Shown in pieces: positions 54,793 through 64,000 of a stretch of 64,000 nucleotides of DNA. This stretch comes from Clostridia bacterium. GTDB lineage: Bacteria > Bacillota > Clostridia > Saccharofermentanales > UBA5734. Position numbers and translations under genes: made by a program. Every line of letters starts with the position of its first letter. Position 1 is the first letter of the stretch. A model generated the notes under the pieces. The model had not been told where the DNA came from, did no database searches, and worked only from the letters and a program-made list of their open reading frames with translations. The DNA is taken from positions 18,490 through 82,489 of the forward strand of contig JAXGXQ010000007.1 in the NCBI GenBank assembly GCA_040772685.1. Reading direction: 5' to 3'.

Positions 54793-57700
54793 TCAGGATT
54801 CGTGAGCCTCGAGCAAACCGTAGTTATGCTCATCCACGGGGACAGCTGTGATATTACGGTATTCTGTCATGCCGGTTCCGGCAGGAATCAGTTTACCAAT
54901 AATGACATTTTCTTTAAGGCCAAGCAACGGGTCGATCTTGCCTTTGACGGCTGCATCTGTCAGGACACGGGTTGTTTCCTGGAAGGATGCGGCTGAGAGG
55001 AATGAATCAGTAGCCAGTGAAGCTTTGGTGATACCAAGCAGCACGCGTTTACCGCTGGCAGGTGTCAGTCCGCGGGTCTGTGCCTTAATATTGGCATCCT
55101 CAAAGTCGAACATGTCAACCATGGAACCCGTCAGCAAGTCAGTATCGCCCGGATCATCGACACGCACTTTGCGCATCATCTGGCGAGTGATGATTTCAAT
55201 ATGTTTGTCGTTGATTTCAACACCGTTGTTCTTGTATACCTTGAGGACTTCCGACAAGATATACTTTTGAACTCCGAGCACATTTTTGACTCGCATGATA
55301 TCGTGCGGATTGACCGAGCCTTCTGTCAACAGGTCGCCAGCTTCAACGGTATCGCCTGTGCTGACCAGCAGTTGTGAGGAAAGCGGCACAGGCAGCACGG
55401 TTGTATTGCCATCGGCAGCAGTAAGTGTGATTTCGCGTTTGCGTTTGCCGGTATCTTCGATGCGCACAACCCCGTCGTGGTCAGCGATCAGCGCCTGGCC
55501 TTTAGGTTTGCGGGCTTCGAACAGTTCCTCAACACGCGGCAAGCCCTGGGTGATGTCTTCACTGGACGCGATACCACCGGTATGGAAGGTACGCATTGTC
55601 AGCTGTGTGCCGGGCTCACCTATCGACTGGGCGGCCATAATTCCGACAGCTTCTCCGCCGACGGCCGGTTCGTTGGTCGCCAGGTTGAGGCCGTAGCAAT
55701 GAGCGCAGACACCGTAGCGGGCGCGGCAGGAAAGTACCGAACGGATTGGAATCTGCTTCAGACCAGCATCCTGTATCGCTTTGATCTGCGGTTCACGGAT
55801 CAGAGTGTTCTTCTCCACCAGCACTTCGCCGGTTTCAGGATGCACAATATCGATAGCGGCATAACGGCCGTCAATCCGGTCAGCCAGTGACTTAACCACC
55901 ATGTTGTTCTTGCCGGTTCCGACCACAACTTCGCCAACTGTAATGTAATCCTCAGTATGACAGTCAGATTCGCGGATGATAACATCCTGCGCGACGTCAA
56001 CCAGACGGCGGGTCAGGTAACCGGAGTCCGCGGTCTTAAGAGCGGTATCTGAAAGGGCTTTACGGGCACCGTGGCTGGAGATAAAGAACTCCAAAACGTT
56101 CATGCCTTCACGCAGGTTTGACTTGATCGGAATCTCGATCGTTTTACCTGAAGTATCGCTCATGTTGCCGCGCATACCTGCAAGTTGTTTGATCTGGTTA
56201 ATGTTACCGCGGGCGCCAGACTGGGACATCATGTAAACCGGATTGAACTTTCCGAGGTTCTGCTTCAGAGCTTCGGTAATTTTATCGGTTGTATCTCTCC
56301 AGATACGCACGGTTTCACGGTAACGGCCTTCGTTATCGGTCAGGCCGCGCATATAGCGGGCTGCGATGTCGTCGACTTTTGCTTCAGCTTCAGTGACGTA
56401 TTTCTTTTTGACATCCGGCACGATCATGTCGAATATACCAATCGAAATACCGCCTATCGTTGAATAATGGAAACCAAGCGCCTTGATCTGGTCAAGAATC
56501 TCCGAGGTTGTGGAGATACCATGCACACGGATGCAGCGTTCAATCATCTGGCCAAGCTCCTTCTTGCCAACCAGGAAGTCGCATTCCAGTTTCAGGTCGT
56601 TTTCAGGATTCGTGCGATCAACATAACCAAGGTCCTGCGGGATTGTTTCATTAAAGATGAAGCGTCCCAGCGTGCTCTTGACTAAACCTGTCACCTCGCG
56701 GTCACCAAACTTGCGTTGGCAGCGGATGGTAATGCTGGCGTGCAGATCAAGCTCATGATCGTCGTAGGCCATGATAGCCTCGTCAAGTGAGCCGTAAATG
56801 TGGCCTTCGCCCTTGGCGCCTTCTCTGTCTATAGTCAGATAATAGCAACCCAGAACCATGTCCTGTGTTGGTACGGTAACCGGTTTGCCATCCTGCGGTT
56901 TCAGCAGATTGTTGGCTGAGAGCATCAGGAAGCGGGCTTCAGCCTGGGCTTCAGCTGACAATGGTACGTGCACAGCCATCTGGTCACCGTCAAAGTCAGC
57001 GTTATAGGCAGTACAGACCAGCGGATGCAGTTTGATGGCACGGCCTTCAACCAGCACAGGTTCAAAGGCCTGGATGCCGAGACGGTGCAGGGTCGGTGCG
57101 CGGTTCAGCAGCACCGGATGGTCCTTAATGACTTCTTCCAGCGTATCCCAGACAGTGTCATTGGCACGGTCAACCAAGCGGCGCGCTGTCTTGATGTTTT
57201 GCGCATGCCCGGCCTGGACAATTTCTTTCATTACAAATGGCTTAAACAGCTCAAGAGCCATTTCTTTCGGCAGACCGCACTGATGCAGCTTAAGTTCCGG
57301 GCCGACAACAATAACCGAGCGACCGGAGTAGTCAACACGTTTACCCAGCAGGTTCTGGCGGAAACGGCCCTGCTTGCCTTTCAGCATGTCAGAAAGTGAT
57401 TTCAGGGCACGGTTGCCGGCACCTGTGACAGGACGGCCGCGGCGGCCGTTATCGATCAGGGCGTCAACTGCTTCCTGCAGCATGCGCTTTTCATTGCGGA
57501 CAATGATTTCCGGTGCGCCCAGCTGCAACAGCTTGTTAAGACGGTTGTTGCGGTTAATTACACGACGGTACAGGTCGTTAAGGTCGGAGGTCGCAAAGCG
57601 GCCGCCGTCCAGCTGAACCATCGGACGCAGTTCCGGCGGGAGAACCGGCAGAACATCGAGTATCATCCAGTCAGGGCGATTGCCTGATTTTTTGAAGGCT

Positions 57701-58344
57701 TCAACAACCTCCAGGCGTTTGATGATCCGAACCTTTTTCTGGCCGGTCGCGCTTTGGAAATTCTCACGCAGTTCAGCAGCCATTTCGTCAATGTCGATGG
57801 CCGCCAGTATTTCTTTGATAGCTTCCGCGCCCATTTTGGCTTTGAAAGAATTCTTGCCGAATTCTTCAACTGCTTCACGATACTGACGATCGGTGATAAC
57901 CTCACGCTGGGTGAAGCGAGTGTTTCCGGGGTCGACCACGATATAGGCGGCAAAATAGAGGACTTTCTCCAGGTTGCGTGGGCTCATATCAAGAATCAGG
58001 CCCATGCGGCTGGGGATACCACGGAAATACCAGATATGGGAAACAGGCGCAGCCAGCTTAATGTGGCCGAGACGCTCACGGCGGACTTTGGCTTTGGTAA
58101 CCTCAACGCCGCAGCGGTCGCAAACAATGCCCTTATAGCGGATTTTTTTGTATTTACCGCAATGACATTCCCAGTCCTTGGTCGGTCCGAATATTTTTTC
58201 ACAGAACAGGCCGTCCCGTTCCGGCTTAAGTGTACGATAGTTTATGGTTTCCGGCTTTTTGACCTCACCGCGAGACCATTCGAGGATTTTCTCAGGTGAA
58301 GCTAAAGCGATGCCGATCGCCTCAAAATGATTCATTTCAAACAT
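54793..58344 (-). CDS. rpoC: DNA-directed RNA polymerase subunit beta'
   Basis: 1183 aa. Zn-binding [23 protein letters not shown], catalytic [12 protein letters not shown], trigger-loop and bridge-helix regions. Confidence 0.98.
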   Translation of the reverse strand: MFEMNHFEAIGIALASPEKILEWSRGEVKKPETINYRTLKPERDGLFCEKIFGPTKDWECHCGKYKKIRYKGIVCDRCGVEVTKAKVRRERLGHIKLAAPVSHIWYFRGIPSRMGLILDMSPRNLEKVLYFAAYIVVDPGNTRFTQREVITDRQYREAVEEFGKNSFKAKMGAEAIKEILAAIDIDEMAAELRENFQSATGQKKVRIIKRLEVVEAFKKSGNRPDWMILDVLPVLPPELRPMVQLDGGRFATSDLNDLYRRVINRNNRLNKLLQLGAPEIIVRNEKRMLQEAVDALIDNGRRGRPVTGAGNRALKSLSDMLKGKQGRFRQNLLGKRVDYSGRSVIVVGPELKLHQCGLPKEMALELFKPFVMKEIVQAGHAQNIKTARRLVDRANDTVWDTLEEVIKDHPVLLNRAPTLHRLGIQAFEPVLVEGRAIKLHPLVCTAYNADFDGDQMAVHVPLSAEAQAEARFLMLSANNLLKPQDGKPVTVPTQDMVLGCYYLTIDREGAKGEGHIYGSLDEAIMAYDDHELDLHASITIRCQRKFGDREVTGLVKSTLGRFIFNETIPQDLGYVDRTNPENDLKLECDFLVGKKELGQMIERCIRVHGISTTSEILDQIKALGFHYSTIGGISIGIFDMIVPDVKKKYVTEAEAKVDDIAARYMRGLTDNEGRYRETVRIWRDTTDKITEALKQNLGKFNPVYMMSQSGARGNINQIKQLAGMRGNMSDTSGKTIEIPIKSNLREGMNVLEFFISSHGARKALSDTALKTADSGYLTRRLVDVAQDVIIRESDCHTEDYITVGEVVVGTGKNNMVVKSLADRIDGRYAAIDIVHPETGEVLVEKNTLIREPQIKAIQDAGLKQIPIRSVLSCRARYGVCAHCYGLNLATNEPAVGGEAVGIMAAQSIGEPGTQLTMRTFHTGGIASSEDITQGLPRVEELFEARKPKGQALIADHDGVVRIEDTGKRKREITLTAADGNTTVLPVPLSSQLLVSTGDTVEAGDLLTEGSVNPHDIMRVKNVLGVQKYILSEVLKVYKNNGVEINDKHIEIITRQMMRKVRVDDPGDTDLLTGSMVDMFDFEDANIKAQTRGLTPASGKRVLLGITKASLATDSFLSAASFQETTRVLTDAAVKGKIDPLLGLKENVIIGKLIPAGTGMTEYRNITAVPVDEHNYGLLEAHES

Positions 58345-58413
58345 GGAGTGCCGTCTCCTTCCATAAGGGGCATATGCAGTAGTGAAGTGACGAATTCAAA
58401 CGGGCTGAACCTA

Positions 58414-61400
58414 TCACGAATTATCATCATCAGCCAAATCTTCGGCTAAATCTGATTCTGTCGTCATATCAGCGTCTATCTCTAAATCAAGAGTTACGCC
58501 GCCCTCTTCGTCGAGCGTACCCGCAGTAAAGCCGCGGGCAGCAAAATCTTCAGCGATCTGGTCAGAACCTAATTCCAACAGTCTGGCTGGGTCAATATCC
58601 ACTGCATCAATTTCGTCATCAACGGATTCCTTAATGTCGAGCAGCTCACTCTCACTTGAGAAGATGCGGACATCAAGCGCCAGGCTCTGCAGTTCCTTAA
58701 CCAGTACCTTAAATGATTCAGGTACGCCGGCTTCCGGTACGCTCTCACCCTTGACAATCGCCTCGTACGTCTTGGTACGACCGGTGATATCGTCCGATTT
58801 TACTGTCAGGATTTCCTGCAGTGTATAGCTGGCACCGTAAGCTTCAAGCGCCCAGACTTCCATTTCACCGAAGCGCTGGCCGCCGAATTGAGCTTTACCG
58901 CCCAACGGCTGCTGTGTTACCAGTGAGTACGGACCGATAGAACGGGCGTGAATTTTGTCGTCAACAAGGTGCAGCAGCTTCATGTAGTACATGATACCGA
59001 CTGTGATCCTGTTTTCGAAAGCATCGCCGGTGCGGCCATCGTAAAGAACGGTTTTACCGTCAGAGTCCATGCCTGCCATCTTAAAGGCTTCAACAACGTC
59101 TTCTTCCGTAGCGCCGTCAAAAACAGGTGTGGCGATTTTCCAGCCAAGCATGCTGGCAGCACGGCCGAGGTGAACCTCAAGCAGCTGACCGATATTCATA
59201 CGTGAAGGCACGCCCAGCGGGTTAAGAACGATATCAAGAGGCGTACCGTCCGGCAGGAAGGGCATATCCTCTTCCGGCAGGATTCGGGAAATAACGCCTT
59301 TGTTGCCGTGACGACCGGCCATTTTGTCACCGACCGAGATTTTACGTTTCTGGGCGATGTAAACGCGAACCAACTTATTTACGCCGTGTTTCAGATCGTC
59401 ATCGTTGTCACGGTCAAATACTTTGACGTCAACAACAATACCGGATTCACCATGCGGTACACGCACAGAGGTATCGCGGACTTCGCGGATCTTCTCACCG
59501 AAGATAGCACGATAGAGGCGTTCTTCAGCAGTCAGCTCGGTTTCACCCTTGGGTGTGACTTTACCAACAATGATGTCGCCGGCGTGCATTTCAGCACCGA
59601 TGCGGATAATACCGGATTCATCCAGATCTTTAAGCGAATCATCACCGACGTTGGGGATTTCACGGGTGATTTCCTCCGGTCCCAGCTTGGTGTCACGGGC
59701 TTCACACTCATACTCTTCGATGTGGATCGAAGTGTAGACATCGTCACGAACCAGACGCTCGTTGATCAGGACGGCGTCCTCGTAGTTGTAGCCTTCCCAG
59801 GTCATGAAGCCGATCAGGACGTTACGGCCCAGGGCCATTTCACCATTTTCGACTGAGGGGCCGTCAGCAAGGATATCGCCGGCCACGATTTTATCGCCTT
59901 TGCGCACGAGCGGGCGCTGGTTAATGCAAGTGCCCTGGTTGGAGCGCTGGTATTTTGTCAGATTGTAATTGTCGAAGCTGGAGCGACCGGTGCGGACGGT
60001 TATTTTGCTTGCATCGACATACTCAACTACTCCGTCATTCTTGGCGACTTCGCAGACTCCAGAGTCCTTGGCCGCACGGTATTCCATGCCGGTACCAATT
60101 ATCGGTGCTTCAGTTTTGATCAACGGCACTGCCTGACGCTGCATGTTCGAACCCATCAGGGCGCGGTTGGCATCGTCGTTGCCGAGGAAAGGAATCAGAG
60201 CTGTTGCAACAGAAACCAGCTGCTTCGGGGAGACGTCCATCAGATCAACCTGCTTCGGCTCAATCTCGATGAATTTATCCAGGTAACGGCTGAGAATCTT
60301 CTTTTCCAGGAAACGGCCATCTTCAGCCAGCGGTTCATTAGCCTGCGCGATGTAGAAGTAGTCCTCTTCGTCTGCTGTCAGGTAGCGAACCTCATCAGTT
60401 ACAACTTTCTTTTCCTTGTCATAGACACGATAAGGTGTTTCGATGAAGCCATAACGATTAACACGGGCATAGGTAGCAAGCGAGTTAATCAGACCGATGT
60501 TCGGTCCTTCAGGTGTTTCGATCGGACACATACGGCCGTAATGCGAAGAGTGCACGTCACGGACTTCAAAGTTGGCGCGTTCTCGTGATAGACCACCCGG
60601 GCCAAGTGCTGAGAGACGGCGCTTATGCGTCAGCTCGGCCAGCGGATTAGGCTGATCCATAAACTGCGACAGCTGACTGGAACCAAAGAACTCTTTGACT
60701 GCAGCACTTACAGGACGGGTATTAACAATCATTTGAGGGGTTGCTGCGGCCATGTCGGTGAGTGTGCCCATGCGCTCACGCACAACACGCTCCATACGCG
60801 AGAAGCCGACGCGAATCTGGTTCTGCAACAGCTCGCCTACCGAGCGGATACGACGGTTGCCCAAGTGGTCAATGTCGTCTTTTTCGCCAACGCCATATTC
60901 AATTCCGATCAGATAGCTGACCGAGGCAACTATATCTTCAACTGTAAGATGCTTGGGCATAAGTTCGGAAACATTACTGGCCAGGCGGTCACGCAGCACA
61001 GCAATCGGATTGTCGCTTGCCTTGGCTTCATTAATGAATTCACGCAAAACGCCGGTGCGAACCTTTTCGGTTACACCAAGTGCGGCCACATCAAGGCCTT
61101 CCAGTTCTTCTTCGCTAAAGAAACGGCCAATATACTCACGTGCGTTGACGCGGTTGTTGCCGATTACTTTAAGTTGATTTTCCAACTGAATCAAAGTACT
61201 GCCGGAGACTTGCATCGGGTAGATCGTGACTTCGTTGATGCCTGCAGCCGCGATTTCCCTGGCACTGTCGGCAGTGATAATCTCACCTGCTGCCAACAGT
61301 AATTCGCCGTCTTCATCCACAATATTCTGAGCAGCCTTATGGCCAACCAGGCGTGTTTCCAATGCCAGCTTTTTATTAACTTTATAAATTCCGACCCGGG

Positions 61401-62202
61401 CTAAATCATAGCGCTTGGGGTCAAAGAACATGTTGTTCAACAGAGTTTCAGCGCCCTCAACTGAGACAGGCTCACCTGGGCGCAGCTTTTTGTACAGCTC
61501 CTGTAAACCTTCTTCGCGGTTGCGGCAGACATCTTTCTGCAAGGTTTGCATCAGACTGTTTTCTTCACCGAAGGTTTCGATGATTTGCTCATTGGTACCA
61601 AAACCAAGTGAACGCAAGAATACAGTCAGATGGAATTTGCGGGTGCGGTCGACGCGAACCCACAGTATATCATTCCCGTCAGTTTCATATTCCAGCCAGG
61701 CTCCGCGGTTGGGGATGATCTGAGAAGTATACAGATCTTTATCCGTTTTATCGCGGCCAATGTCAAAGTAAACGCCCGGTGAGCGTACCAGCTGGCTGAT
61801 AATGACCCGCTCGGCGCCATTAATGATAAAGGTGCCATTGTCGGTCATTATGGGAAATTCGCCAATGTAGATGTACTGATCTTTAATAATATTGTCGCGC
61901 TTGTTGTTCAAGCGAACCTTAACGCGCAAAGGGGCCGCGAAGTTAGCGTCGCGTTCCTTGCATTCTTCGATTGAATAAGTTGGACTACTGGTATCGAACT
62001 CTCGGTCGATAAAAGAAAGTTCAATGTCCCCAGAGTAATCCGTAATCGGAGAAACGTCTTTAAGAACTTCCATCAGCCCTTCATTGAGGAACCACTGATA
62101 GGAGTTCTTTTGTATCTCGATCAGGTTCGGAATATCGATAACTTCATCGATTCTGGAATAGGACATTCGTTCGGCTCTTCCCAATTTGACGGGACGCACC
62201 AT
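58414..62202 (-). CDS. rpoB: DNA-directed RNA polymerase subunit beta
   Basis: 1262 aa. Rif-cluster region ([34 protein letters not shown]), GRHGNKGV, and an acidic C-terminal tail. Confidence 0.98.
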   Translation of the reverse strand: MVRPVKLGRAERMSYSRIDEVIDIPNLIEIQKNSYQWFLNEGLMEVLKDVSPITDYSGDIELSFIDREFDTSSPTYSIEECKERDANFAAPLRVKVRLNNKRDNIIKDQYIYIGEFPIMTDNGTFIINGAERVIISQLVRSPGVYFDIGRDKTDKDLYTSQIIPNRGAWLEYETDGNDILWVRVDRTRKFHLTVFLRSLGFGTNEQIIETFGEENSLMQTLQKDVCRNREEGLQELYKKLRPGEPVSVEGAETLLNNMFFDPKRYDLARVGIYKVNKKLALETRLVGHKAAQNIVDEDGELLLAAGEIITADSAREIAAAGINEVTIYPMQVSGSTLIQLENQLKVIGNNRVNAREYIGRFFSEEELEGLDVAALGVTEKVRTGVLREFINEAKASDNPIAVLRDRLASNVSELMPKHLTVEDIVASVSYLIGIEYGVGEKDDIDHLGNRRIRSVGELLQNQIRVGFSRMERVVRERMGTLTDMAAATPQMIVNTRPVSAAVKEFFGSSQLSQFMDQPNPLAELTHKRRLSALGPGGLSRERANFEVRDVHSSHYGRMCPIETPEGPNIGLINSLATYARVNRYGFIETPYRVYDKEKKVVTDEVRYLTADEEDYFYIAQANEPLAEDGRFLEKKILSRYLDKFIEIEPKQVDLMDVSPKQLVSVATALIPFLGNDDANRALMGSNMQRQAVPLIKTEAPIIGTGMEYRAAKDSGVCEVAKNDGVVEYVDASKITVRTGRSSFDNYNLTKYQRSNQGTCINQRPLVRKGDKIVAGDILADGPSVENGEMALGRNVLIGFMTWEGYNYEDAVLINERLVRDDVYTSIHIEEYECEARDTKLGPEEITREIPNVGDDSLKDLDESGIIRIGAEMHAGDIIVGKVTPKGETELTAEERLYRAIFGEKIREVRDTSVRVPHGESGIVVDVKVFDRDNDDDLKHGVNKLVRVYIAQKRKISVGDKMAGRHGNKGVISRILPEEDMPFLPDGTPLDIVLNPLGVPSRMNIGQLLEVHLGRAASMLGWKIATPVFDGATEEDVVEAFKMAGMDSDGKTVLYDGRTGDAFENRITVGIMYYMKLLHLVDDKIHARSIGPYSLVTQQPLGGKAQFGGQRFGEMEVWALEAYGASYTLQEILTVKSDDITGRTKTYEAIVKGESVPEAGVPESFKVLVKELQSLALDVRIFSSESELLDIKESVDDEIDAVDIDPARLLELGSDQIAEDFAARGFTAGTLDEEGGVTLDLEIDADMTTESDLAEDLADDDNS

Positions 62203-62369
62203 TAATGATCACCTCACGCATATGACGGCAATGCCGCCGGCTCTGCCACCGCATCTGATAATGACATTGTTGACGGCTTTGCGGCTCATGTTATAATTGA
62301 TTGAAAAGAGATACTTTTCAGGTTTAAAGCAACGGGCAAATCACCCCCACCTTATTGACGCGTTATAAG

Positions 62370-62398
62370 ATGATATCACCAGACTATAACGCTGTCAA
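62370..62398 (-). promoter_or_regulatory. Sigma-A promoter for rpoBC (TTGACA-17-TATCAT, TGn extended -10)
   Basis: Minus strand reads TTGACA (62398-62393), a 17-nt spacer GCGTTATAGTCTGGTGA, then TATCAT (62375-62370). Flanked by the 8-bp inverted repeat GCGTTATA...TATAACGC. About 165 nt upstream of the rpoB start. Confidence 0.6.
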
Positions 62399-62445
62399 AT
62401 GGATTTTATGCCTATGAATTCTTGTATCTGCCTACTTAATTTAGT

Positions 62446-62489
62446 AAAAACCGGAAAACAGCCTCCCGCCTTTTTGACGGGGGCTGTTC
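62446..62489 (-). terminator. Rho-independent terminator after the prsA-like gene
   Basis: Minus RNA reads AACAGCCCCCG(loop)CGGGAGGCUGUU, an 11-bp stem with one bulged A, followed by UUCCGGUUUUU. Confidence 0.65.
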
Positions 62490-62514
62490 TGATTTTACGG
62501 GCAATTTACGGCGC

Positions 62515-64000
62515 TCAGCCAACGAATCTGAGTCCTGGTTGCTTTAGTGAATAAGGATATGCTTTTGCTTCAGTTTCAACATAGTTGGTATAGGCTTCTG
62601 ATTCCAGTGCCTGACGCGCATTCATTTCCCAATTGGCGCCATCTGTCTTTTCAAAATAGATAATATGGAAGCCAAACTCAGTCTGAACTATTTCAACGTC
62701 TCCTGGCTTGCGGGCCGGGTCGGTAATCCAAGCGTCAAATTCTTCCACCATGCTGCCGGGTGCTACGTTTTCATAAAGGCCGCCGGCGGTATTACTGCCT
62801 GGATCAGTTGAGTATTTTTCTGCCAGTTTGCCGAAGGCCTCACCAGTCAGCTCGCCTGCCTGATATTCCGCGAGAATTCTCTCGGCTTCAGCGCGAGCTT
62901 CTTTCACCAAAACAGCTGAATCCTTCACCCGGTCGGAATCGATCAGAATGTGACGGACACTGACGTGATTAAAGTCAGCTCGCGCACGTGATTCAAAGTA
63001 AAAGACAGAATAACCGGATGTGGTCTCCAATACAGTTTTGTCGCCAGCCTTGCGTGCTGCGTCAAACAGCCAGGCAGCAGTTTCTGTATGGTAGATATCG
63101 GCTTTGGCGAAGTTTTCCACCAGTGTGATATCGTCGGCTTCATATTGCGCTTTTTCATCTTCTGGCGCATATTTCAGAGCAGCAGCCTTGAAGGTTTCAG
63201 CGCTGGTAACTTCAGCCAGCATTTCCTCAGCTTTTGCCTTCGCGGCTTCTTCTGCCAGGGCTTTGGCTTCTTCGGCAGCGTCATCAGCAACATCAGGTTC
63301 AACTGTAAACTCCCGGTAAGTGACGACATCGTAACTGTCCATATCGGATTCATACTCAGCTGCCAGCTGCTCATCTGTGAACTGAAAATCCTCCACAACT
63401 GAGACCGAAAACTGATTGGCCAGCATGACACGTTCCAAAATCGTTTGCAGTCTTTCTTTGTTCATGCCGCGGCCAAACGAATCAGCCAGTAATTTGTCCA
63501 GGCTTATCTGTTCACTTTCAGCTTGAGCCTGAGCGGAAGCAAAGTAATCTTCAAGCTGTTGATTGCTTTCCTCAGATAGTGTCATACCGGCGGCTTTACC
63601 TTTTTCAGAGAGCATAACCACGTTCTGCAATTCTTGAGCAGCCGCGTCTTTCAGGTAATCCGAAAGTGTGTTAAAGCCTTCGACATTGCTCGGGCCCGCA
63701 AGCATCTCTTTACCAGCTTCGCTAAGGGGATCAATTCCAGAACCGCTGGCAATTGAGTAATAATAAAAATTGAGCTCGGTGCCTTTTATTTCCTGGTTCC
63801 CTATAGTTGCTGCTGTCAGCAGGTGCGTTGGAATGCCGCTGCGGATTGCTGCAAAACCGCCATATGTTAATAATGCAACTACCAGCACGACAATAACAAC
63901 AATGCGGAAAACCGGGCTGCTAACCTTGATGGGCTTCTTGCCGCCGGTTTTGGATTTCAGGGCAGCCAGCCGGGCTTTACGCTCTTCGCGACTCGCTTCG
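62515..64000 (-). CDS. prsA: Membrane-anchored parvulin-type peptidyl-prolyl isomerase (PrsA/SurA-like), N-terminus outside the window
   Basis: The reading frame stays open to 64000 (…EASREERKARLAALKSKTGGKKPIKVSSPVFRIVVIVVLVVALLTYGG = cytoplasmic tail plus TM). C-terminal parvulin domain (VSVRHILIDS...FGKLAEKYSTDPGSNTAGGLYENVAPGSMVEEFD...TEFGFHIIYF). Confidence 0.85.
   Translation of the reverse strand, partial: EASREERKARLAALKSKTGGKKPIKVSSPVFRIVVIVVLVVALLTYGGFAAIRSGIPTHLLTAATIGNQEIKGTELNFYYYSIASGSGIDPLSEAGKEMLAGPSNVEGFNTLSDYLKDAAAQELQNVVMLSEKGKAAGMTLSEESNQQLEDYFASAQAQAESEQISLDKLLADSFGRGMNKERLQTILERVMLANQFSVSVVEDFQFTDEQLAAEYESDMDSYDVVTYREFTVEPDVADDAAEEAKALAEEAAKAKAEEMLAEVTSAETFKAAALKYAPEDEKAQYEADDITLVENFAKADIYHTETAAWLFDAARKAGDKTVLETTSGYSVFYFESRARADFNHVSVRHILIDSDRVKDSAVLVKEARAEAERILAEYQAGELTGEAFGKLAEKYSTDPGSNTAGGLYENVAPGSMVEEFDAWITDPARKPGDVEIVQTEFGFHIIYFEKTDGANWEMNARQALESEAYTNYVETEAKAYPYSLKQPGLRFVG

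Overview
This is a dense core-genome segment, transcribed almost entirely from the minus strand. It looks like a Gram-positive anaerobe of Firmicutes/Clostridia type: ctsR-mcsA-mcsB-clpC operon with a CtsR box, a T-box leader, a V-type ATPase, PFOR, and strong GGAGG Shine-Dalgarno sites. Gene order on the minus strand, read from high to low coordinates: prsA-like PPIase (partial); rpoB-rpoC; a plus-strand island (membrane-anchored orphan SBP, MetH-like fragment, XRE regulator); ctsR-mcsA-mcsB-clpC-CpXC; tex; a T-box leader driving a PaaK-family ligase; a plus-strand transglutaminase-like lipoprotein; pilC, four pilin-like genes and pilT running straight into a 7-gene aromatic amino-acid operon; an ABC-2 exporter pair; a 9-gene V-type ATPase operon (ntpFIKECGABD order); hisZ-G-D-C-B-purC-hisA-hisF/I-hisE; PFOR; rpmG-secE-nusG-rplK-rplA-rplJ (partial). 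I recognised no rRNA, tRNA, CRISPR array, transposase, integrase or phage genes. The best candidates for something not previously described are listed here. (1) A translationally coupled type IV filament-like operon whose only ATPase is PilT-type. Its major-pilin slot holds a pilin-like protein without a prepilin signal, and the operon abuts the aromatic operon with no gap. (2) A probable Phe (UUC) T-box controlling a lone phenylacetate-CoA-ligase-family gene. (3) A his operon with purC in the hisH slot and a hisF-hisI fusion. (4) An aromatic operon with a DHQase-II/chorismate mutase/prephenate dehydratase triple fusion and an AroE-AroK fusion. All functional calls come from reading the translated ORFs against remembered family motifs. 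No database search was run.
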